A DNA stretch of 64,000 nt from Tubulanus polymorphus (lineage: Eukaryota; Animalia; Nemertea): assembly GCF_964204645.1 (NCBI RefSeq), contig NC_134028.1, forward strand, positions 21,882,345 to 21,946,344, written 5' to 3'. Of this stretch, positions 39,357 through 52,137 are shown piece by piece. Both the position numbers and the translations under genes were made by a program. How positions within the stretch are numbered: the first letter of the stretch is position 1; the number at the start of each line of letters is the position of its first letter. Below the pieces are notes generated by a model. The model searched no databases, was not told where the DNA came from, and saw only the letters and a program-made list of their open reading frames with translations.

Positions 39357-39786
39357 TATGGTGGCTGATTCGGGCCATAGCGTAAAATTCCTGGTATGCA
39401 AACGAGGGCGCCAGAACGCCAGAACGCCAGAACGCCAAAACGAAAAAGGCCAATTTTCTTTAAAAATCCGTTTTGGCGTGCCAAAACAAAGTTTATTCCG
39501 TTTTGGCAACCCCGCCAAAACAAACATTCAACCTCAGTAAAATTAATTTTCAATTTGGCGCGTTGACCTTGTGTTTAATTTGCATACGTGATTGAAAGTT
39601 CGTTTTGGCGGGGGCGCCAAATAGAAAGTTCGTTTTAACGGGGGTACCAAAACGGAATTTTCTTTGTTATGGCGCGCCAAAACGGACTTTCAGAAAAAAA
39701 TTGGACGTTTTTTTTTTGTTTTGGCGTTCTGGCGCCCTCATTTGAATACCAGGAATTTTACGTTATGGCCCGAATCAGCCACCACA
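39357..39786. mobile_element. MITE with about 60-bp TIRs
   Basis: TGGTGGCTGATTCGGGCCATA..GTAAAATTCCTGGTAT..GAGGGCGCCAGAACGCC is mirrored at 39723-39784; CATTAT on both flanks. A related terminus lies at 2523-2540. Confidence 0.8.
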
Positions 39787-40406
39787 CATTATAGGTTGAC
39801 TGTGAATTAGGTAATTGAAATTTCGAATTTTAATTGACGAATTTGTGTACAAAAGTAGCAAGATTATTGAAATACTTAATTTCTAGTGTGTTTAGCCGAG
39901 CAAAAATATCAGCAGCTGGCCCATGAAATCAAACTTCAAATTATACCGTTCATATACATGTACGTTATTGTATCATTTTCTCTACAAAATCAGGCGAGGT
40001 CCGTGATATTGTCCTGCGTCCATGGATAAAGCGAGGCCCTGAAAAAAGCATGAATTAAAAAAATATTCATTCCTCATTACGTAGATTTATAAATGAAACA
40101 AATAAACCACTATTTCTATTGGTTTGCAGCATCTCGAGCAACAATGTAATGTTAGATTTCTCATATTGGCCGAGCTAATAAACAGTTATGTTCGAATGAT
40201 TCCGACATCTTTCAGTGGTAAAAACCAATCTACCCGTTGTATTTGAACAGTTGGTGGGATGAGCGCCCATATCAAATATCGCTCTCCATCATAATATCCA
40301 ACAATGAAACATATTTAATCGTCATAACAAATGCTATCTGAGATCTGCGTAGTTAACGACAGAAAATATCCAGTAAAGTCGAGAATTTCGACAGCAATCT
40401 GTGAAC

Positions 40407-40951
40407 ATGTCATCAAAGGTAATGTGACTATTCATTTATACATGTATATAAAATCGTTAGTTTTCTTTGAATATCGTTAAATACCTTAGAAATGCTAACA
40501 TCTCATCCACTCGATTCAACCCTGCGATCGTCCACGTACATTTAAGCAAAGAACATCATTGAATGTATAAGCAAACACATTACCGTGGGGTAACGTTAAA
40601 TGTATTCTTACAGCAGGAAAACTGCTTTTTGATTTGCGACATTTTTCCTTGAAATCGAGTAATTTCTAGAACTATCTAATGTATGAAATAGTTTAAACAG
40701 TTCCTTCCGTCGCTGCTGCAAATTGAGACATTTAAAAACATTTTTTTCTTGTTTTTCAGTGTATACTGATTTTAGTTCTGATGATGGTCGCTTCGGGCGC
40801 TGGGGTTGTTAACGGTGACTTGGCGGCCCTAATGAATAAATGTTCAATTTGTCGCTTGAACTGCATTGCAGGATGTACCAGTAACCCAATTGGCTACAAT
40901 TACTGCTATAGTCGATGTTACGGAAACAACTGCGCTAAATGTCGTAATTAG
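40407..40951 (+). CDS. Unannotated secreted 8-cysteine peptide precursor (67 aa), 2 exons
   Basis: Exon 1 40407-40418 (aacATG TCA TCA AAG|gtaatg); exon 2 40760-40951 after a polypyrimidine tttttcag. Product MSSKCILILVLMMVASGAGVVNG-DLAALMNKCSICRLNCIAGCTSNPIGYNYCYSRCYGNNCAKCRN*. A paralogous signal-peptide exon and acceptor lie at 49787. Confidence 0.8.
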
Positions 40952-41199
40952 TTACGGATACGTAGATAAACGTAACACACCTTAAGCTCACGTGAAGATA
41001 AGTAAAAAAAAAAACAATTATCAATTCACACACAGTTCCACCGTCGTTGGTTGTTATTTATTGGTTGAAAGTTCATTTCTTCGGTAAAAACGTGCAATTT
41101 CATCTCTACAGCAACAATATGGAAAACTATTGAAAAAGAAAATAGATTTCACAAATACATTTATACGTGAGAATTTATGCATAATAGAACATCGACCTA

Positions 41200-41810
41200 A
41201 AACTATATGCTATATTGTACGAATCTTTCCTTCTGTCTATGTTCAGTAAAGGTGTTTCAATGCTTCGTAACTATTTAACTGTTATTATTGAATGCGAAAG
41301 ATTGATTACTTTTATTTTTCCATCACACGTAAAGAACAGCTTTAACTCATTCGTCATCGCTACGTTTGTATTATCATTTTATATGTTCATATATGTTCAT
41401 TTTATATGTACATCAATATGTTCTTATTATCCGATCACAACAAGCGTAAAATTACAAATCAGTTACAGAGGTTTTCTTTCCATTCTTTACAAAGCTTACA
41501 CTGGAGGATGGAGTTTATATACAAATTCGTAAAATCATGACCAGCTTTTTTATTCCGAACAATCCTACTTTTCACAGCGAATGTTGTCCTTAATTGTCCT
41601 AAGTATCAAATCCACGCAACGGAATCGACCCTCAGCGACAAAGATTTTACGAACTCAAAATCCGAAGCCAACTAAAACGGTGCTTACAATAACTATCATA
41701 TTCACGATCGTAGAATTTTCAAAAAGAATTTTACAAGCAGACGTTTCATGCAATCTACCTGTTCTCATCGATTCTAAATTCAAATAATGATTTCATTCTT
41801 TGTACAGTCG
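41200..41810 (+). pseudogene. Decayed class A GPCR of the 4419-5528 type
   Basis: Fragments MLRNYLTVIIECERLITFIFP (TM3), TKTVLTITIIFTIVEF (TM6) and VLIDSKF (TM7) parallel RNWCVVILNFERL, KMVVCIVLMYIVFEI and ILDSSLN; separated by stops and frameshifts. Confidence 0.65.
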
Positions 41811-42029
41811 TCAACGGTGAAACAAAAATATTTTGTTTCACCTTTTGAAAATGAACTGAAATTCTGACAATACATGGTCGGAAGTTTAAAGACAAATATT
41901 ATCGAAAGTGAAAAATATTATCGAATAGTATAATAACTATTTTTCTCATGTATTCATTGATAACGATGACGTTATCGGTGTCTAATTCTCTCATATTTTG
42001 TCCAGTTGTTGGCTTAGTGTTCCGGGCTC

Positions 42030-42812
42030 ATGTTGGACGAATTCCAATTCTAGTTTGACCAGACTCCCGGCGAGGCTATTTACAATTCGACCTCCCCTTC
42101 TACTACCACTCGAGGATCTATCTCCGCTACAAGATCTAATAATCGCAAGCCATTTAGGATAAGCCCTAAAAATGAAAAAAAAAACTACTCAAAATGAAAG
42201 AAAAAAAAACTCGCATTAAAGCTTATTTATATCATAACAGCGCCTAGCTTAGATAACGTCTCATTGTTATATATCAACGTAAAAAAGGATTAAACATGCC
42301 TTGAGAGAACCTACGAACTTAGAAGTGAAACAGGTATCATAAGCGCGCGCTGGGTTTTCCTTTCACAAAAAGATTTACATGGTAAAAACTGATGCAGATG
42401 TAAAAACGGATTGATTAAAAACTGATGCGAAATAACGAACATGCTTCCAAGTACTTTTAAGTCAAGTAGTGTACTAGATAATTTGATGGGGATATCGTCC
42501 TTGTTGAATATGTATTCATAAAACCAGGAACTGAACATTAATACGGTATTCATAGCTATAGAAAGCGATTGAAGGTCATAGAAGAATTGATTACTGGCAT
42601 AATCATTCATGTGTCGAGATCTTATTATTTCACATATGTCGAGGAAAATACCTCAGAATTGCCACCAGTTCGTAGTTTACTTTTTTAATGTTTTCTTCTC
42701 TAAACGATGAGAAAAGATGAAATACTAGCAATGGTTCCGGTGAATGGTCTGGATATCTGTAGATTTCGGGCACTGAGGCCGATTTTTTCAGGCTTGAAAC
42801 CACCGATGTATA
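42030..42812 (-). pseudogene. Duplicated remnant of the last two neurexin-like exons
   Basis: About 42810-42726 reads YIGG..GLSARNLQISRPFTGTIA (with an indel); 42164-42080 reads GLILNGLRLLDLVAEIDPRVVVEGEVEL*. The intervening intron aligns with 52964-53473. Confidence 0.8.
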
Positions 42813-43716
42813 GGATAGATACGATGGATTACGTTACGATAGGACCGTCGGAACGAATTGTAAGTTGAAGTTGGCTGATCAAAAATAGATTCTAGGGTTT
42901 GTGGGTGCACCCCAATAAAATTTTGAAAAATAAGATGCAATTAGGTGCATTCTGAGCCTTTTCGTGGTTGAAATTAGCAATTATATATGCTCACAATTTC
43001 ACCATTTTCGTCGACTATACGTAAAAAGATAATGACGATTACAACAGTGCACATTCAAGGAAGCTAAGGATACATTGTATAACATGATGGTTAACATTTA
43101 TTAAAACCCACATGGCGATATATCGCGATATTCGACATACGTAGATATGGCGACTTGCCGAGTTGGAACGCCTGGAGCCCCTCTATCGCTTCCGTAGTTC
43201 TTTGATGTGGAGAAAAAGCTGCCCATCAACTTTTCAATAGACGTGTAAATTCTACCTTCCACTAGGCCCCTTTCTGTAGACCTGTTGACATTAGTATTAG
43301 TGCTATTGCGCTATTTCGCTGATTTCGCTCTTAGAAAGCTGGCAAACTTTATCACCCAAGCACACTACTCAAGGAATTCAGTACAGTAAAAAAAAAACAA
43401 ATAGAATGGCAAATTAAAACAATAGTTCAGAAGTATCTCAAGCCTTTTCTAATATAAAGAACTAAGTCAAGACGAGTTCTTCTTGTAGAATTTATAAGTT
43501 GGCAGAGTTTTAAATGACTGGTCTAATTCTGTAGTAGGGTTTTATGTGCGCTGCGCGTATGTCATTGAAAAAAGCACAAACTAACTAAAAATGATATTCG
43601 TTGAATATGTTCAACTGACGACAGTTTGTTCTATTGAGTCTTCATAAGACTATGTTTGACCATAGCCTTAGATAACTCCAACATTACATTCATATTCAAC
43701 GACAGACTGAATCCTG

Positions 43717-44703
43717 CTAGTATTTCAAATTTTGAGAATGGTGATTGATATGTGTTTTGACGCCGCAGAATCTCGCGAGGAAGTACCTACGGATTTCTCT
43801 TCCGACAAGAATGTAAATATAGAAATTCAGTGCGAAATTGCTCGACAGTAAAATATTAAAAAACCGGTCGAGAAAATGTTTTATATTGTAAGGTATCGGT
43901 ATAAATGTCATGATCGTCGATGGCATAGTGGTAACAGTAAACACTGTCGATACGGCCAGCAGTATGATAGTTGTACGTCTAGTCTTCACCGAGTTAACAT
44001 GGCTCGATGTCAACTCCGGTGACGTTTTGAAAAGATTTAAGATAATGATGAAGTTAGCGCACATGATGATACACAATGGCGCGACGTAAGTGTACGAGAC
44101 GCTGAATACCATTGCCGCTTGTTTTGCGGATAATAACATACAGCAACCGAAACCTTTCACGTGTTTTATATTGATAATCGTCCAAGATGCGGCTATTGAA
44201 TTCACGGTAAAAATAATCGTGAGAATTATACGAGCGAATTTCGGTGTGCATAGCGACCTTGACGCGAACGGAAAAAGAACGATTGCCAGGCGTTCTATAG
44301 TTACAACGACAATTATCCACGTACTCAGGTAAGCACTCCAGAATGGCAGGTATTCGTAGATTGCGCATATCACCAAACTGGCCGGATGTAAATGGAAGTC
44401 TGCGAGCTGGACGAGTATGTACTGCAGCATAGGGAGACCGGCGCCAGCGATGCACGCGGGCATGTCAGCGATCGCTAATACGACGAGGTAGTTGGCGTAC
44501 GAAAAACGACGAAAACGTTTACTACTCATAATTAGGAAGCTGGCCACGTTGCCGAATAATCCCAAACTGAAAATAATCGGTAACGTTATGACGGTTAATG
44601 CACGCGCGGCGCCAGTGGCGTGGATCACGGAATTAAGCATCTGATAACTGATGTAGGCAGTTGTAACGCCATTGTCGAGTGTAGGATGTCGTGTACTATT
44701 CAT
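43717..44703 (-). CDS. Intronless class A orphan GPCR (copy B1), 328 aa
   Basis: Close paralog of 36673-37632; 7 TM, IERL, NFALNFYIY. Confidence 0.92.
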   Translation of the reverse strand: MNSTRHPTLDNGVTTAYISYQMLNSVIHATGAARALTVITLPIIFSLGLFGNVASFLIMSSKRFRRFSYANYLVVLAIADMPACIAGAGLPMLQYILVQLADFHLHPASLVICAIYEYLPFWSAYLSTWIIVVVTIERLAIVLFPFASRSLCTPKFARIILTIIFTVNSIAASWTIINIKHVKGFGCCMLLSAKQAAMVFSVSYTYVAPLCIIMCANFIIILNLFKTSPELTSSHVNSVKTRRTTIILLAVSTVFTVTTMPSTIMTFIPIPYNIKHFLDRFFNILLSSNFALNFYIYILVGREIRRYFLARFCGVKTHINHHSQNLKY

Positions 44704-47201
44704 TGTGTATCCAACATAGGTCGCGAAGCGCTCTGCGCATAATACTCTATTTTCCTTATCATACTTACTCGTGGTTTGAAATCATTCAGACAAGTTTCCC
44801 GCACGCCCTCGAGCAAAATGAAGCCGACTGAAAAATGTATAGTATCTTGTGCGTCTTGGTATTTTATGTTTTTAGCCGACGTATATATTCACCATGCTCA
44901 CGGGTATCCTGTTTATCTATATCTATGTCTGAAATGTCTGAAAGAGGTCGAAATCTATCCATCGGATCCGTTTAAACGCAACGCCGAAAATATGGAGAAC
45001 GCTCACCAAACTTTCCGTTTGAACATTGTCCATTTTCAGAATCGTTCTCGAATCGATCAACTTCACAGACTTGTAGTGAATTTCAATAACAGCTGATTTG
45101 TAATGATGCGAATCACTGACAGAGATTAATAATGGCTGGGACTTGTCTCCCAAACACGACAAATACGGGCCTGATAGTGATGCCGACTTAATGAATCCAG
45201 CTAGAAAAATTCGATTATTAGAGTTAATGAGGCTTCCCGGTTCGCTAAACTCTCGACGCGGTATTTTCAATTTGGTAGCGCTGGACTGACTGGATCGTCA
45301 AGTGGCCAACGACTGATCCAGTAACTAAACTGTACAAACATCACTCCGTTTTTAATGATTATATTAGATGGCTGGATGCCGTTTTTGTGGAGATCATCAA
45401 CGACATCGGTTCGCTCGGTGGACGCATCGCCGTTCGTGAAAACTCGTAACGTTATTCGTTTCACGTAGAATTGTCCAATAAAAGCGTACAAATACTTGTT
45501 ATTGCACGCGATGCGGTGAAACTGAATCACCTAATGCAATTTCGTGGATATCATTTTCGTTACGAAATAGAATAGTTTTTGAGAAACGACGGGCGTATGC
45601 CAGGAATGAATTGTGTTCCGAACCATCGCAAGCTGCAAATAAGATTGGATTTGACTCTTTAGATCAATCGTTCAGTCGCCACGAGGGCGCTTTCTTTGCA
45701 GGTTTCTACATTATAAGTCCAGTCACCTTTCTCGATTCTGCACTTCTATTGCGGTAGGGTTGATAATGACATCATCAGGTCTGGTAGCTGGAAAATTGAA
45801 TACAACTAGATTTGAGAAGAAAAGTCACACATCGATTAGAATAACAGTATCGCGTTTTGACTTGTGCGGCTTAACGAAATAAAAAGTGTTGATTATTACA
45901 TTTTTATGTACAGCGTATTGCGTGGTTCTGTTATATGAAAGGTTTAATTCCCGTTTTTACTCTAGCGGCGAAAATATAGATTAGAAAAATTACCTGCGAT
46001 CGGGGTCACAATGAAAAGATATACGCATGTTCGTGAATTTTCACAGTTTGTCTTGAATTCGGTCCAATCGATCAAAATATCAAGATTAACAATTTAAACT
46101 AAGTGAAACTTATTAGAAAGATTGGACAAAATTGTAAACGATACATATAATATACTTTGCAATTCACAATTCGACTCTAATTAATGGAATTTTTTTTAAT
46201 TTTTGTATGTCACATCTGGGGTTCTGTAATATTAAGTGTATCTGTAGATTTCGGGCACTGAGGCCGTTTTTTTCAGGCTTGAAACCACCGATGTATAGGA
46301 TAGATACGATGGATTACGTTACAATATGACCGTCGGAACGAATTGTAAGTAAAAGTTGGCTGATCAAAAATAGATTCTAGGGTTTGTGGGTGCATCCCAA
46401 TAAAATTTTGAAAAATAAGATGCAATTAGGTGCATTCTGAGCCTTTTCGTGGTTGAAATTAGCAATTATATATGCTCACAATTTCACCATTTTCGTCGAC
46501 TATACGTAAAAAGATAATGACGATTACAACAGTGCACATTCAAGGAAGCTAAGGATACATTGTATAACATGATGGTTAACATTTATTAAAACCCACATGG
46601 CGATATATCGCGATATTCGACATACGTAGATATGGCGACTTGCCGAGTTGGAACGCCTGGAGCCCCTCTATCGCTTCCGTAGTTCTTTGATGTGGAGAAA
46701 AAGCTGCCCATCAACTTTTCAATAGACGTGTAAATTCTACCTTCCACTAGGCCCCTTTCTGTAGACCTGTTGACATTAGTATTAGTGCTATTGCGCTATT
46801 TCGCTGATTTCGCTCTTAGAAAGCTGGCAAACTTTATCACCCAAGCACACTACTCAAGGAATTCAGTACAGTAAAAAAAAAACAAATAGAATGGCAAATT
46901 AAAACAATAGTTCAGAAGTATCTCAAGCCTTTTCTAATATAAAGAACTAAGTCAAGACGAGTTCTTCCTGTAGAATTTATAAGTTGGCAGAGTTTTAAAT
47001 GACTGGTCTAATTCTGTAGTAGGGTTTTATGTGCGCTGCGCGTATGTCATTGAAAAAAGCACAAACTAACTAAAAATGATATTCGTTGAATATGTTCAAC
47101 TGACGACAGTTTGTTCTATTGAGTCTTCATAAGACTATGTTTGACCATAGCCTTAGATAACTCCAACATTACATTCATATTCAACGACAGACTGAATCCT
47201 G

Positions 47202-48188
47202 CTAGTATTTCAAATTTTGAGAATGGTGATTGATATGTGTTTTGACGCCGCAGAATCTCGCGAGGAAGTACCTACGGATTTCTCTTCCGACAAGAATGTA
47301 AATATAGAAATTCAGTGCGAAATTGCTCGACAGTAAAATATTAAAAAACCGGTCGAGAAAATGTTTTATATTGTAAGGTATCGGTATAAATGTCATGATC
47401 GTCGATGGCATAGTGGTAACAGTAAACACTGTCGATACGGCCAGCAGTATGATAGTTGTACGTTTAGTCTTCACCGAGTTTACATGGCTCGATGTCAACT
47501 CCGGTGACGTTTTAAAAAGATTTAAGATAATGATGAAGTTAGCGCACATGATGATACACAATGGCGCGACGTAAGTGTACGAGACGCTGAATACCATTGC
47601 CGCTTGTTTTGCGGATAATAACATACAGCAACCGAAACCTTTCACGTGTTTTATATTGATAATCGTCCAAGATGCGGCTATTGAATTCACGGTAAAAATA
47701 ATCGTGAGAATTATACGAGCGAATTTCGGTGTGCATAGCGACCTTGACGCGAACGGAAAAAGAACGATTGCCAGGCGTTCTATAGTTACAACGACAATTA
47801 TCCACGTACTCAGGTAAGCACTCCAGAATGGCAGGTATTCGTAGATTGCGCATATCACCAAACTGGCCGGATGTAAATGGAAGTCTGCGAGCTGGACGAG
47901 TATGTACTGCAGCATAGGGAGACCGGCGCCAGCGATGCACGCGGGCATGTCAGCGATCGCTAATACGACGAGGTAGTTGGCGTACGAAAAACGACGAAAA
48001 CGTTTACTACTCATAATTAGGAAGCTGGCCACGTTGCCGAATAATCCCAAACTGAAAATAATCGGTAACGTTATGACGGTTAATGCACGCGCGGCGCCAG
48101 TGGCGTGGATCACGGAATTAAGCATCTGATAACTGATGTAGGCAGTTGTAACGCCATTGTCGAGTGTAGGATGTCGTGTACTATTCAT
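47202..48188 (-). CDS. Intronless class A orphan GPCR (copy B2), 328 aa
   Basis: Differs from B1 by one visible residue (VKTRRTT vs VKTKRTT). Confidence 0.92.
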   Translation of the reverse strand: MNSTRHPTLDNGVTTAYISYQMLNSVIHATGAARALTVITLPIIFSLGLFGNVASFLIMSSKRFRRFSYANYLVVLAIADMPACIAGAGLPMLQYILVQLADFHLHPASLVICAIYEYLPFWSAYLSTWIIVVVTIERLAIVLFPFASRSLCTPKFARIILTIIFTVNSIAASWTIINIKHVKGFGCCMLLSAKQAAMVFSVSYTYVAPLCIIMCANFIIILNLFKTSPELTSSHVNSVKTKRTTIILLAVSTVFTVTTMPSTIMTFIPIPYNIKHFLDRFFNILLSSNFALNFYIYILVGREIRRYFLARFCGVKTHINHHSQNLKY

Positions 48189-49713
48189 TGTGTATCCAAC
48201 ATAGGTCGCGAAGCGCTCTGCGCATAATACTCTATTTTCCTTATCATACTTACTCGTGGTTTGAAATCATTCAGACAAGTTTCCCGCACGCCCTCGAGCA
48301 AAATGAAGCCGACTGAAAAAATGTATAGTATCTTGTGCGTCTTGGTATTTTATGCTTTTAGCCGACGTATATATTCACCATGCTCACGGGTATCCTGTTT
48401 ATCTATATCTATGAAATGTCTGAAAAAGGTCGAAATCTATCCATCAGATCCGTTTAAACGCAACGCCGAAAATATGGAGAACGCTCACCAAACTTTCCGT
48501 TTGAACATTGTCCATTTTCAGAATCGTTCTCGAATCGTTCAACTTTACAGACTTGTCGTGAATTTCAATAACAGCTGATTTGTAATGATGCGAATCACTA
48601 ACAGAGATTAATAATGACTGGGACTTGTCTGCCAAACACGACAAATACGGGCCAGATAGTGATGCCGACTAAATGAATCCAGCTAGAAAAATTCGATTAT
48701 TTGAGTTAATGAGGCTTCCCGGTTCGCTAAACTCTCCACGCGGTATTTTCAATTTGGTAGCGCTGAACTGACTGGATCGTCAATTGGCCAACGACTGATC
48801 CAGTAACTAAACTGTACAAACATCACTCCGTTTTTAATGATTATATTAGACGGCTGGACGCCGTTTTTGTGGAGATCATCAACGACATATCGGTTTGCTC
48901 GGTGGACGCATCGCCGTTCGTGAAAACTCGTAACGTTATTCGTTTCACGTAGAATTGTCCAATAAAAGCGTACAAATACTGGTTATTGCACGCGATGCGG
49001 TGAAACTGAATCACCTAATGCGATTTCGTGGATACTATTTTCGTTACGAAATAGAATAGTTTTTGAGAAGCGACGGGCGTATGCCAGGGAATGAATTGTG
49101 TTCCGAACCATCGCAAGCTGCAAATAAGATTGGATTTGACTCTTTAGATCAATCGTTCAGTCGCCACGGCAGGTTTCTACATTATAAGTCTAGTCACCTT
49201 TCTCGATTCTGCACTTCTATTGCGGTAGGGTTGATAATGACATCATCAGGTCTGGTAGCTGGAAAATTGAATACAACTAGATTTGAGAAGAAAAGTCACA
49301 CATCGATTAGAATAACAGTATCGCGTTTTGACTTGTGCGGCTTAACGAAATAAAAAGTGTTGATTATTACATTTTTATGTACAGCGTATTGCGTGGTTCT
49401 GTTATATGAAAGGTTTAATTCCCGTTTTTACTCTAGCGGCGAAAATATAGATTAGAAAAATTACCTGCGATCGGGGTCACAATGAAAAGATATACGCATG
49501 TTCGTGAATTTTCACAGTTTGTCTTGAATTCGGTCCAATCGATCAAAATATCAAGATTAACAATTTAAACTAAGTGAAACTTATTAGAAAGATTGGACAA
49601 AATTGTAAACGATATATAATAATATACTTTGCAATTCACAATTCGACTCAAATTAATGGAATTTTTTTTAATTTTTGTATGTCACATCTGGGGTTCTGTA
49701 ATATTAAGTGTAT

Positions 49714-49850
49714 AGAATTATGTGAAATAAGTTTCTTCCGTCGCTGCTGCAAAAAAGTATCGAAACATTTGAACTTTGCTTTTTAGTGTATGTTGATTTT
49801 AGTTCTGGTAATGGTCGCGACGGGCGCTGTGGTTGCTAACGATGATTCAG
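49714..49850 (+). pseudogene. Disrupted paralog of the 8-cysteine peptide gene (intron end and signal-peptide coding part)
   Basis: Intron motif cttccgtcgctgctgcaaa is shared with 40703-40722. After the acceptor it reads CMLILVLVMVATGAVVAND vs CILILVLMMVASGAGVVNG; the cysteine-rich part is absent. Confidence 0.75.
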
Positions 49851-50030
49851 TCATTACTGTCGGCCTGCACGGACATACTTTCGGCACACTCCGTCGTCGT
49901 ATCTTGTTTCAATTTTGGGTTTTATTTTGTTGTCAGTTAGCGGTTTGAGTGATTTCGTTCGCTAGACGAGGATCCTCCCATGTGTGGGTTACATTCCTCA
50001 GGTCTCTCTGTTGTTTTTCCATTAACTACT

Positions 50031-52137
50031 CATTCACCCGATGAGGCTTCTATTCATTAGGCCAAAAAAAGATGTCTTGTTTCTCATGATTTTGAAATCC
50101 CGCCCGCATCGGAAAAATCATCGGCAAATTAGCGATAAAAATTAAGTCCGCCCTCCCGCATCATAGCTCGAAAATAAATTTGTTTTTTTATAAAAAAATT
50201 AAAATCCGCCCGCATTGATATAATACGCATATCGTCATCTTGTTATCATTTTATTTCTCTATGAACGTATCGAGAAAAGTTGATCGTATAAATATCATCG
50301 GCACCACACTGGTGACTCGAACCCATATCAACGGAGTCGGTTACCGTAGGCCTAAATGTCAAATGCCAAGGTCGCTGTGGAGCTTGATTTCTGGCGTGAT
50401 TCTTATTTCGAAGCGATTTCTCTTGGTAAAATGTGGTGCTTATAGCGTCCAAGATGTTTCTATCTGTTCAAATAATATTCCAAAAGGAGCCAATACTACG
50501 TTGGCCAATTCTACAAGTATCTCCAGAGTCAACAGTGATGGAACTTTTCGAAAATGCGTTGGCCGGTTCTTACTCAAACTTGACAGTTAGTGAAGAAATG
50601 CGTGATGTTCACGAGTCCGAGAAGTATATAGAGTGTCCAGATTAACTGAAAGCCGATATTCATAGGACCGTAGAAGGTGTTGCAATGGATTTTCAGGATT
50701 CACCAATCATTTTCAGAATTAAGCAGTGATTTTCCAGTTAAATAAAAATAAACAAGAAAATTAACTTTAATAAATTATTTGACGCCTGCGAAAAAATGTA
50801 GAATTTCTGGGATAAGCTAATGTGGAATTGCAAATTTGAAATCGAAGTTTTAAGAAATTTGGGGAATTATGAGATTTGGCGATTGGGTAGATGATACAGT
50901 CTTCGACTGGTCTAATTAAAAAAAAAATTGTCAACTTGTGACCGACTTCGATTCACTTTTGCTCTAAGCTGGTCTGCAACTTCATTGCCTCCATGGTTGA
51001 AGAAAGAGCTCTTCTGATGTCTGCTTCATCATGACTTCGAGCATATCGTGTAGCCAGCCGGCCCGGTCCCGGGCCCGGTTGGGTTTGGCTGTCACTCGAT
51101 ATCCTAGACTTGAGTCTGGGTTGAAGTAGACATCGTCATTTAAATAACTTATTCATGTTATTCTGTATGAATTACCCATGTGTCTTGTATTTTGTATTTT
51201 CTTATTCTAAAATTTGTAACTTTATTGAAATTGGGAATTTCATCCCGGAATTTCAATGTAATAAGGATCAATAAAGTATTGAATTGAATTGTCACCTTAT
51301 ACACATGCCATCAGTGGACGCGGAGCCGTATATGACAGCTATGCTATTATAGATTGTTAATCTCATGAAACCTGCATACCCCTAATATCGAACATATTTT
51401 CTAAAACATTTGAATATTGAAATTATTTGTTTACACCTTTTTATATAAACCGCTTGTAGCCGCCGATGAAATTCACGCCGGCCCTACTCAGATCGTAGAT
51501 AGCTTCGTCATTCCATTAGCATCCCCATGTCAGGGTCTGACTTTTATATCAGACTTCCAAATCGTGTATACATCCGCCATTTAACCGAATAATCCGATTT
51601 ACTTATCATTTCTATTTATGCCTGCCGCTCCTGATATAATCATACATCCTTTACTATTACAATACGTCTTATCATGATATTCAATGCAATATAACATTTC
51701 AACGTTCAAATAGAGGTCATTATATAATCACAGGGAGCCATTCTACATCTTTATCAATAATATTTTGCCAAATAGCTTGTATGTGTACACATAAACCTGT
51801 GACGTTTTGCACATCGATTTACGGTTGTCGTTTGTAAAATGACGCTGAATGGTTAACATTGTTTAGGTTTCATAATGGTAACGTTTTATAAGGCGTCAAA
51901 AAACTACCTCCCGCATCTGAAGAAAATATGTCAGAGGGATATTTTTATTGATATAATAAAAATAAAAAGACACCTCCCGCATCTCCAAAAAAAATTCAAA
52001 CACAGTTCTTTTTATTTCTACTTTAAAAAAAAAAAAGTACATAAAAATAAAAACCGCCCGCCCTCGTCATGGTAAAAAACAAAAGTGTGATGAGAAACAA
52101 GGCATCTTTTTTGCCTTAGTAGCGAAAGCTCGTGCGT
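50031..52137 (+). ncRNA. Penelope-type minimal hammerhead ribozyme motif split by the Harbinger-type insertion
   Basis: Removing 50060-52118 gives CAC CCGAUGAG GCUUCUA-UUCAU-UAGUAGC GAAAGCUC GUG: core with U4->C, stem II, palindromic AGCU stem III and CAC/GUG stem I. Confidence 0.5.
50060..52115. mobile_element. Non-autonomous PIF/Harbinger-type DNA transposon containing nested fragments
   Basis: TIR GGCCAAAAAAAGATGTCTTGTTTCTCAT / ATGAGAAACAAGGCATCTTTTTTGCC, TTA TSD (50057-50059, 52116-52118), subterminal CCCGC repeats. An internal LINE tail (AATAAA-gta-ttgaattgaatt, about 51140-51290) matches the 7376-8209 element. Confidence 0.85.

Larger units (their letters stand above)
42754..49713. repeat. 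Recent head-to-tail tandem duplication, unit about 3485 bp
   Basis: 42754-46241 is nearly identical to 46239-49713 (offset 3485 at the unit start and at the GPCR); TAT microhomology at the junction. Confidence 0.95.
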
